64,000 nt of DNA from Treponemataceae bacterium (GTDB lineage: Bacteria; Spirochaetota; Spirochaetia; Treponematales; Rectinemataceae). How positions within the stretch are numbered: the first letter of the stretch is position 1; every line of letters begins with the position of its first letter. Positions 56,588 through 64,000 of the stretch are shown here, piece by piece. The stretch covers positions 64,001 through 128,000 of the forward strand of contig CAXXHO010000005.1 in NCBI GenBank assembly GCA_963667725.2, written 5' to 3'. The position numbers and the translations under genes were made by a program. The notes beneath the pieces are model-generated. The model saw only the letters and a program-made list of their open reading frames with translations. It ran no database searches and was not told the DNA's origin.

Positions 56588-58501
56588 ATGCGCACGATTA
56601 GGAATTTCTTCGAGAACCTCAATTCGCTGCACCGCATGATGGTATGGTTGGCGCAGATTGGGGTATTCACACTCTCGGCTGTTCTGGCATTTCTGCTGCG
56701 ATTTGACCTCAATCTGCCGGCGGCGCAACTTTTCCACCTGGCCCATGCAGTTCCGATCTGGGTGGTGGCCAAGAGTGCCGTATTTCGCATTGGCGGCTTG
56801 GATAGAGGTTGGTGGCGTTACGTCTCCGTCAGGGACCTTGCGCGAATCGTAATCGCAAATGCCGCCGGCTCGTTCCTGGGCTGTGTGGCCATCGTAGCGA
56901 TCCTGCCCGCGGGCTTCCCACGATCTGTCTTCCTGCTCGACCTCATCCTCTGCTTTTTAGGCACATCTGGACTTCGCGTGGCGGTTCGCATGATAGCCGA
57001 AGCTACGTCAAGCGGGCGTAGCGGGTGTGCCGGAAAGAATGCGCTGATTTATGGTGCGGGCGATGCCGGCGTGACGCTGCTTCGGGAGATTCAGATGAAT
57101 CCCAAACTGGCGTTCAAAGTTCGTGGATTTCTGGACGACAGGCCGGAAAAGCGGGGAGCGCGTATTCTCGGAGTCCCGGTGCTCGGCGGCGGAACGGCCG
57201 CACGGTCACTGGTGAAGACTTATGCCGTCGACACGATTCTGATTGCCACCCCTTCAGCGACGGGTGCCGAGATGACCCGGATCCTCGAGAGGTGTCACGC
57301 GGCCGGGGCGAAGTGTAAGACTGTCCCGGGTTTGGGCGAAGTGATTGAAGAAGGCGGCCTCGCCGGCCAGATCCGCGAGGTGGCGGTTGAGGACCTTCTC
57401 GGGCGGGAACCGGTGCGCCTCGAGGAACGGCAAATCCGCGAAGCTCTCGAAGGTAAAGTCATCCTGGTGACGGGTGCCGGAGGTTCCATCGGTTCCGAAC
57501 TCTGTCGCCAGATCGCCCGCTTTGAGCCGGCCGGGATCGTGGGTCTCGACGCCGCCGAATCGCCGCTATTCGAAATCGACCGAGAAATGTGCCAGTCGTT
57601 CCCTCAAGTGCCCTTCTATCCGGAAATCGGCAGTGTCCAGAACCGCGCCCGACTGGATGAGGTGCTTAGCCAGCACCAACCGGCCGTTGTCTATCATGCT
57701 GCCGCCTACAAGCATGTGCCTCTGATGGAAACCCATGTGTTTGAGGCGATCGAGAACAACGTCTTCGGGACCTACAATCTGGCGGTTGCCGCCGCCGAGC
57801 ATGGCGTCGAAGACTTCGTCATGATCTCCTCAGACAAAGCCGTCCGCCCCACCAACATCATGGGAGCGACGAAGCGCGTCGCTGAACTGCTGCTACTAGC
57901 TCTTCAGAATGGCCGGACGAAGTACGTTGCCGTGCGCTTTGGCAATGTTCTCGGGTCGAACGGCAGCGTCATTCCCATTTTCAAGAAGCAGATCGCCGCC
58001 GGAGGTCCCGTTACCGTCACCCATCCTGAGATGCGCCGCTTTTTCATGACGATCCCGGAGGCATGCCAACTTGTGTTGCAGGCCGCAGTGATCGGCGAAG
58101 GCGGCCAGATCTGCGTCCTCGATATGGGCAAGCCGGTCAAGATTGTGGACCTGGCTCGAAACCTGATTCTTTTGTCCGGATTGCGCCCGGACGAAGATAT
58201 TGGGATTGAGTTTACCGGCATGCGCCCCGGCGAGAAACTCTACGAAGAACTCAGCACAATGCTCGAAGACACGGTTCCCACCTGCCACGAGAAGGTGCGG
58301 ATCTTTGTGGGCAATGGCATGCCGGAAAGCGATCTGTTGGCCTGGCTCGATTGCCTGCGCGACATCTGCGCCACGCGCGATGTGGGCCGCCTGGTGGTTG
58401 CTCTGAAGGAAGTCGTACTCGATTACAGTCCTAGTACGCATTTGTTGAAGCGAGTCATCGGGCACGGGACTCCGGCTACTCACGTGCTTACCATGCAATG
58501 A
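56588..58501 (+). CDS. UDP-GlcNAc 4,6-dehydratase (PglF/CapD-like)
   Basis: N-terminal TMs, GAGGSIGSE, HAAAYKHVP, DKAV.P.NIMGATKR, RFGNVLGS.GS, RPGEKL.EEL. Confidence 0.95.
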   Translation: MRTIRNFFENLNSLHRMMVWLAQIGVFTLSAVLAFLLRFDLNLPAAQLFHLAHAVPIWVVAKSAVFRIGGLDRGWWRYVSVRDLARIVIANAAGSFLGCVAIVAILPAGFPRSVFLLDLILCFLGTSGLRVAVRMIAEATSSGRSGCAGKNALIYGAGDAGVTLLREIQMNPKLAFKVRGFLDDRPEKRGARILGVPVLGGGTAARSLVKTYAVDTILIATPSATGAEMTRILERCHAAGAKCKTVPGLGEVIEEGGLAGQIREVAVEDLLGREPVRLEERQIREALEGKVILVTGAGGSIGSELCRQIARFEPAGIVGLDAAESPLFEIDREMCQSFPQVPFYPEIGSVQNRARLDEVLSQHQPAVVYHAAAYKHVPLMETHVFEAIENNVFGTYNLAVAAAEHGVEDFVMISSDKAVRPTNIMGATKRVAELLLLALQNGRTKYVAVRFGNVLGSNGSVIPIFKKQIAAGGPVTVTHPEMRRFFMTIPEACQLVLQAAVIGEGGQICVLDMGKPVKIVDLARNLILLSGLRPDEDIGIEFTGMRPGEKLYEELSTMLEDTVPTCHEKVRIFVGNGMPESDLLAWLDCLRDICATRDVGRLVVALKEVVLDYSPSTHLLKRVIGHGTPATHVLTMQ

Positions 58502-58541
58502 AATGCCGGCTCGTCGACGTTGGTCCTCGCCCATCGAGGTC

Positions 58542-58865
58542 ATGACCCAACGGCGGCGCGATTCGCAAGACCGCATGAAATCGTCTCTGCAAGTTCCACC
58601 CCGACCCGATCCGTCCTGGGGATGCGCCGCACTTCTGGCGGAATACATTGCCGCCGGCAACGACGCTGTCGACCTCAGGCTGCGGAAGGTCGATTCGCCC
58701 GAGAGGACATGCGCCGTGAAGAAACAGTCGGAGGCGCGGGCGCGTCTGCTGCGGTACTGCTCTGATCACGGGTGCAATGCGGCCTGCCCGAACCGGATTT
58801 CCGGCTGTACTTGCCAGGAGCAGGCAGTGACTGTACCCAACCGTTCCCGGCGGCGTCTCCCGTAA
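58542..58865 (+). CDS. Possible small hypothetical protein
   Basis: Helical ORF with C..L..Y..A and AR..L..HGC pattern filling the gap; weak support. Confidence 0.35.
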   Translation: MTQRRRDSQDRMKSSLQVPPRPDPSWGCAALLAEYIAAGNDAVDLRLRKVDSPERTCAVKKQSEARARLLRYCSDHGCNAACPNRISGCTCQEQAVTVPNRSRRRLP

Positions 58866-58913
58866 TGGCGGCGACGCCCGACAGGGAGCGACACACCACT
58901 GTGGGAGCGATTG

Positions 58914-59333
58914 TCAGGTGTGAAACGGGTCCTCGATCCGCACGCCGGCAATGGTTTGGCCGGGATTCAGGTCCTCGGAGAGAATCCGCGCTGCGCCGGC
59001 TCTGCGCGCCGCGGCAACGATCATCGCGTCCCAGAAGCTGATACTCGCTTCGTCCTCGATGCGGAAAGCGGCTGAGATATCGGCCGGTGACGTGTCGATG
59101 CACCACACGGCGTAGCTGTCGACGATCGCCCTGGCCGCTGGTTTCGAAAGGGGCGTAGCGATTTTGCGGGTCACGTTCCCATAGAATTCCTGCAGAACCT
59201 GGATGCTGAGGACCCCGCAGCGCTGAGCCCAAAGGTCGCGGAGGATGTCCCGGGCAGCCTCTCGCTTCCCGCCCGCATCGGAATCATGGGCGTAGATCAG
59301 GACGTTCGTGTCGACGAATGCCTTATCGCTCAT
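58914..59333 (-). CDS. vapC: VapC PIN-domain toxin
   Basis: FVDTNVLIYA, QVLQEF, SFWDAMI, SEDL. Confidence 0.92.
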   Translation of the reverse strand: MSDKAFVDTNVLIYAHDSDAGGKREAARDILRDLWAQRCGVLSIQVLQEFYGNVTRKIATPLSKPAARAIVDSYAVWCIDTSPADISAAFRIEDEASISFWDAMIVAAARRAGAARILSEDLNPGQTIAGVRIEDPFHT

Positions 59334-59540
59334 GCCACTCGTCCCGGCTGGCGGTGATGCGCCCTCCCAGAGGGTATCCCCGATCGAGCAGGGCCAGGGC
59401 GGAGCGCTCCGCGCACTCCCAGCGCTCTTCGGCGCCAACCAATCGCTCGATCTGTTCGGCCAGCAGACCGCTGATCGAAGTGGATCGACGGGCGGCGAGC
59501 ATCCGGAAATATCGGCGCGTTTTGGCTGAATGTGATTCCG
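59323..59540 (-). CDS. VapB-like antitoxin, N-terminus unclear or degenerate
   Basis: LAARRSTSISGLLAEQIE..A.ALL..G..LGG..SRDE.HER; overlaps vapC; start not identifiable. Confidence 0.6.
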
Positions 59541-59710
59541 CCGCGGCGTACCACGGCGGCACAGAGCAAGCGGTGGGTACATCGGACGGGCGTAACGCAG
59601 GTTGGATATGACAAGTTTGCGGATAAAGTCCGGCTTGCGCTGGAGGGCCAGCCGGAGTCCAGGCCACGAGTAGCCGGTGTACCTGAACCGGCTGGCCTAT
59701 GGGGATGTAT

Positions 59711-60076
59711 CTAGGAAGTTGGCGACCCGAGATCGAGGACGATTCTCAGCGCTTCATTCGTCTTGAGTAAGGTTTCCGCTTTCACTTCGCCGTAGACCTT
59801 GCCCAGGCGAGATTCGTCGACGGTTCGGAGTTGGTGACAGGCGGCGTAACTGTCTTTTGGGAGGCCGGCCTCCCCTTTTTTGATCAATACGTAGGTGGGA
59901 CCTGGTTTTTTGACGTTCTCGCTGCCCGTGATCGGCGCGACAATCGTGACCTGCGAATGCCGGTTCAGCAAATCACTTTGCACAACGAGGCAGGGCCGGG
60001 TCTTCATGTATTCCCGGCCTTTACTGGGGTCCAGATTTACGTCGATGACAAAACCCCGCTTACAGTCGCTTTGCAT
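59711..60076 (-). CDS. mazF: PemK/MazF-family toxin
   Basis: LDP..G.E..KTRPCLVVQ, VAPIT, GL.KDS..Q.RTVD..RL. Confidence 0.93.
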   Translation of the reverse strand: MQSDCKRGFVIDVNLDPSKGREYMKTRPCLVVQSDLLNRHSQVTIVAPITGSENVKKPGPTYVLIKKGEAGLPKDSYAACHQLRTVDESRLGKVYGEVKAETLLKTNEALRIVLDLGSPTS

Positions 60077-60390
60077 CAGAACTCAGGCGCCTCTGCGTCC
60101 ACGTGGCGGAAATCTTCCACGAGTCGCCGGTCCAACTCCGCGTTAGCGGCGAAGCTGTCCGCAATCTCGCGTTCGAGTTTGGCGCGGTTTCGCCTTTGCA
60201 GGAACTCCTCCACAGCCGATCGGATCAGGTGACTCCGATTGATCGACAACTCGCGTGCGGCCCGATCTGTCGCATCGAACAAAGGCGCGGGAAAATCAGC
60301 AACCACTTTCCGAGTGGAGGGCCGGCGGATTGCGGTGGCAGGCACGCTGTGTCTCCTCTTCCTGGCAGCACCCATCATATATCCCCTCAT
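60076..60390 (-). CDS. RHH antitoxin of MazF
   Basis: D..AREL.INRS.LIR.AVEEFL; TGATG coupling to toxin; start may be 60378. Confidence 0.85.
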   Translation of the reverse strand: MRGYMMGAARKRRHSVPATAIRRPSTRKVVADFPAPLFDATDRAARELSINRSHLIRSAVEEFLQRRNRAKLEREIADSFAANAELDRRLVEDFRHVDAEAPEF

Positions 60391-60722
60391 ATTCTAGTGT
60401 AAACCATTCTCCCTTATCTTCTATATGCCACCAAAGCATAGAAAACTCATTAGCAGTATGGCTTTACGCTATGTAACCTATTGAAAGGACAGTTCCATGA
60501 TCTGCTCTGGAGCGTCCTGCGTGGCTCGATCGAATATCTGGTTCTGCCGTGGTTCATGCCGGCTCCGGACTACGGGCAAGTTCGTCCGCGCGAGTTTGGC
60601 GTATCTCAGCCGTCGGGAGAAACGGCCACTTGGGCTCCGGCTGGCCGCGGCTCAGTTCAAGGATGAGCAGACGCCCCTTGTGTTTGGGCAGTGCAGAGGA
60701 ACCCGACGTGCTTATCTGAAAC

Positions 60723-62000
60723 ATGCTTATGATGTCCTCAGCTTCTACCCTTTCTTGTTCCCAACAACTTGCCTCTCGAATTCAGGCGAAGACCGCCCGC
60801 GTGGGCATCGTGGGCTTAGGCTATGTCGGCTTGCCTCTCGCCGTTGAGTTCGCCAAGGCGGGCTTCACCGTCACCGGGATTGACGTTCAGGAGAACAAGG
60901 TCGCCGGAATCAACGCCGGCCGTTCTCACGTGCAGGATATCGCCGGCGATGAATTGGCGGGTCTGGTCGGTGCCGGGAAGATCTCGGCAACGACTGATTT
61001 TTCCGTAGTTTCCGAGTTGGACACAATCAACATCTGCGTCCCAACCCCGCTGCGCAAGACCAAAGATCCTGACATGAGCTTCATCGTGTCTGCATGCGAA
61101 GCCATCCAGAAGCACCTGCACCCTGGCATGCTGATCACCTTGGAATCCACCACATACCCGGGCACGACTGAAGAGCTATTGCTGCCCATGCTCGAAGCCG
61201 GATCGGGGCTGAAAGTCGGGCAGGATTTCTTCCTGTGCTTTTCGCCCGAGCGTGTCGATCCGGGCAATCCGCGATACCAAACTGCGAACATCCCGAAGGT
61301 CGTCGGCGGAACTACGGCCGAGTGCACCCGCCTGGGCGTTCTGTTCTATTCGCAGGCGCTACAGACCGTCGTGCCGGTGACTTCCACGCAGGTCGCCGAG
61401 ATGGTGAAGCTGCTCGAAAACACCTTCCGAATGATCAACATCGGGCTGGTCAACGAAATGGCCTTGATGTGCGATCGCATGGGCATCAACGTGTGGGAAG
61501 TGATCGACGCCGCGGCCACGAAGCCATTCGGATACATGCCCTTCTACCCAGGCCCCGGCCTCGGTGGCCACTGCATCCCCATCGACCCGTTCTATCTTTC
61601 CTGGAAGACCAAGCAAGCCGGCATCGAAGCCCGATTCATCGAACTGGCTGGCTACATCAACGGACAGATGCCCCATTTCGTCGTCGACAAGGTCCAGAAC
61701 GCGCTCAACGACTGCGGCAAGGCCCTCAAGGGATCCCATGTCCACGTGCTCGGAGTGGCCTATAAGCGCGATATCGACGATCTTCGCGAGTCGCCTGCCT
61801 TGGACGTCATGCACCTGCTCCAAATGAAGGGCGCACGGGTCACCTATAGCGATCCATACGTGCCCTCGCTCAAGCTGGATGGGTTTGGGGAATGGCGTTC
61901 GGTCGATGCGGAGCAAGCTGCGGCGGAAGCCGATTGCGTTGTGATCGTGACCGACCATGCGCAGGTGAATTACCAGCGCATCGCGGCCGTCTCCCACCTG
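60723..62000 (+). pseudogene. UDP-N-acetylhexosamine dehydrogenase (WbpA/WecC family), C-terminally truncated at junction
   Basis: GLGYVGLP, CVPTP, ESTTYPGTT, SPERVDPGN, GGHCIP.DP, D.RESP, TDH; expected terminal DTRN motif absent. Confidence 0.85.
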
Positions 62001-62981
62001 GGCGGTGCCCATCAGTGTCTCGCGTCGGGGATCCTTAGGCCCAAGCATCGCTGAGACGATGAAAAGGCAGCGGGCCCGGCTGAGGTTCAGGCCGTCCAGG
62101 TGAACAATCTTGGGGTCCATGCGATCCGAAACCTTGGCGGGGGAGAGCAAACCATCCTTCAGGAGCTCCGGGAGAAAGCCCGTTATCCAGGTGCGGAACT
62201 CCGCTTTCGGGAGCAGTTTGCCCATGAGGGCGGCTTCCTCCAGGCAGGCGGACAGGAAATCCTCGCCACCGGGCTCCCAGGTGATGGGACAGGCGCGGTC
62301 TGCGCCGAAGTACGTGCGCGCCCGCTCGGCGATGAGCGTTTCCAGTCGGTTATCCCGGGTCACCCGGGCGTAGTCCAGGGCCAGCGAGAGGCTGAAGGCC
62401 GTGTTGGGATGAACACCCGTGCGGATCGGGTAGGTCTGCTTGGGCAGGAAATCCAGAAAGGCCGCAGTCACCCGGTTTGCCAAGGGCTGAAGGTTGGCGG
62501 ACCAGCGACGGGCCTCGGGCGCATCCCAGGCCCTCAATTCTGCTGCGAGTTTGAGCAGCCAGGCCCAGCCGTAGGTGCGCTCGAAGCTCTTGCGGTCCGG
62601 CTGCCCGAAATAGGCCACCTCCGCCGCGATGCGCTCCGGGGCCAGATTCTCGTCCAGCACGGCCCGAATCTCCTTGGCCTCCGGCAGCTCGGGGAACTCC
62701 CGGAGCAGCTTCACCAGCATCCAGTGTCCATGCACCGAGGAATGCCAGTCAAAGCAACCGTAGAAGGCCGGATGCAGAGCCTTGGGCCCCTGCACATCGC
62801 CTGGGCCACTCATGACATGGTCCATCTTGTTGGGATATTCCTTGCGCACGCACTTCAAGGCCATCTTGGCGAAGTGGGAGGCGCCAGTCGTGTCCAGGGT
62901 CAGCCCGGCCTCTGGAGTCGCCGCCTGCAGCGTCAGCACCAGTGCCGCACATGCCATGACTCTCCACGTCGATCGAACCAT
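61995..62981 (-). pseudogene. DUF2891-family protein, C-terminally truncated at junction
   Basis: EYPNK, HPAFYGCFDWHSSVHGHW, FERTYGWAW, HLDGLNLSRA; then reads into antisense of the dehydrogenase. Confidence 0.85.
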
Positions 62982-63059
62982 CGAACCCCCCTGTATTCCA
63001 GGATTGTAGGTGCAGCGCCCTCCCAGCGAGAGGACGAATCCTGATACACTGTCCCCCCT

Positions 63060-63149
63060 GGAGAGATGGCCGAGTGGTTGAAGGCGCCTGACTCGAAATC
63101 AGGTTTACGGGTGACCGTAACTGGGGTTCGAATCCCTATCTCTCCGCCA
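63060..63149 (+). tRNA. tRNA-Ser (anticodon CGA)
   Basis: Acceptor GGAGAGA/TCTCTCC, anticodon arm cctga-ctCGAaa-tcagg, long variable arm, GGTTCGAATCC, 3' GCCA. Confidence 0.97.
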
Positions 63150-63158
63150 GTTTGACTC

Positions 63159-63181
63159 AAGCCGCCTCTGGGCGGCTTTTT
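63159..63181 (+). terminator. Intrinsic terminator after tRNA
   Basis: aagccgcc-tctg-ggcggctt followed by T run. Confidence 0.85.
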
Positions 63182-63200
63182 GGCGGGGCTGGGTTGGACT

Positions 63201-63584
63201 CTATTCTTTTTTCCGAATGCCCAGGTGGGTATGGATTTCGTCTTCCACTTGATCCAGGTTGGTGGCGTTGTAGCGCACGAGATTCTTGAGGTGCTCGTAG
63301 CTTTCCAGGCCGTCGATCTTGTCGAACTCGATGGCGATGCCTTCTGAGTAGAGTCGCGCGACGCGCCCCCTTGCCCGGATTTCCACGGCGCCATGATCGA
63401 GGTGGAGTGTGACTTCGCATGGGGTGTCCAGGGGCAGTCGCTGGGCCGTCAGCACCAGGGTACCCTTCATGCTGACATTCTGGGTTTCTGCGCGGACGAC
63501 GCTTCCCTCGGGAGTCTCCACGCTCACCTGAACCCCCGCGAGGACGCGGGTGAATTCTCGATGGGTCGGGTGCTCATCACTCAT
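63201..63584 (-). CDS. PilZ-domain protein
   Basis: RxxxR (REFTR) and NxSxxG (NVSMKG) motifs. Confidence 0.88.
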   Translation of the reverse strand: MSDEHPTHREFTRVLAGVQVSVETPEGSVVRAETQNVSMKGTLVLTAQRLPLDTPCEVTLHLDHGAVEIRARGRVARLYSEGIAIEFDKIDGLESYEHLKNLVRYNATNLDQVEDEIHTHLGIRKKE

Positions 63585-63805
63585 CGTGCGCCTCCACGAT
63601 AAAGGATCATCCTGGACCCGAATGCGGCAGCTTTCATCCGGAAGATGGAAAAAAGAGTTTTGCAACGGAAAGAGACGGGTGGGTTCAGGCCACGCCGGGT
63701 GCCCCCTGATGGAACTTCCTGGTACCCTCGTGCCATGAGGTCTCCGGGGCGTGGCCCCGGGGTCCACAGAATTGCCTGACCCAAGTTCCCCTTCGGAGGC
63801 CTGCC

Positions 63806-64000
63806 GTGGAAAACCTTCTCGACAATCTGGAGCCCAAACTGCTCTGGAACTACTTCTTTGAACTCTCCAAGATCCCTCGCGGATCCAAGGTGGAGGCCGA
63901 GGCCGCCAAGTGGGTGGCCGATCAGGGTCGCGCGTTGGGCCTTGAGGTGTCCCAGGATGCCGTGGGCAACGTGCTCATCCGCAAGCCCGGCACCAAGGGC
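63806..64000 (+). CDS. pepD: Aminoacyl-histidine dipeptidase, N-terminal part (runs off window)
   Basis: GGAGG then GTG; LEPKLLWNYF.ELSKIPRGS..QDAVGNVLIRKPGTKG. Confidence 0.9.
   Translation, partial: MENLLDNLEPKLLWNYFFELSKIPRGSKVEAEAAKWVADQGRALGLEVSQDAVGNVLIRKPGTKG

Noticed and set aside
61359..62981. 540-aa DUF2891 fusion with a novel C-terminal domain
   Set aside because: The extension is the antisense reading of the dehydrogenase past the junction.
63060..63149. tRNA-Ser as attachment site of an island mobilised by the tyrosine recombinase
   Set aside because: No duplicated tRNA 3' end noticed; recombinase is 37 kb away, looks like a plasmid resolvase, and the tRNA lies beyond the suspect junction.

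Overview
Positions 1 to about 62000 look like Acidobacteriota (Bryobacterales/Solibacter-like) DNA, most likely from a large plasmid or secondary replicon devoted to the cell surface. The taxonomy is inferred from protein families such as the TIGR03437-type C-terminal domain. From left to right: (1) a leftward EPS operon head (NusG-paralogue antiterminator, priming sugar transferase with a degenerate GGDEF domain); (2) two giant secreted Ser/Thr/Ala-rich repeat proteins plus small secreted partners; (3) a replication/partition module (HTH, ParA, a 480-aa wHTH protein, an iteron array and Rep) with no ParB, next to a tyrosine recombinase, an HNH protein and three toxin-antitoxin pairs; (4) a ~31-kb rightward capsule/O-antigen operon ending in a PglC/D/E/F-type bacillosamine module; (5) two more TA pairs and a nucleotide-sugar dehydrogenase. 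At ~61995-62000 the dehydrogenase and an oppositely oriented DUF2891 gene are both truncated at the same point. Beyond it lies housekeeping-type DNA (tRNA-Ser(CGA), PilZ, pepD), so this is a probable chimera or rearrangement junction. The best candidate for an undescribed system is the ParB-less par/rep module: the gene after parA carries about 21 copies of a palindromic ACCCATGGGT-type DNA motif, mostly at 15-bp period, inside its own coding sequence. All calls were made by eye; no database searches were run.
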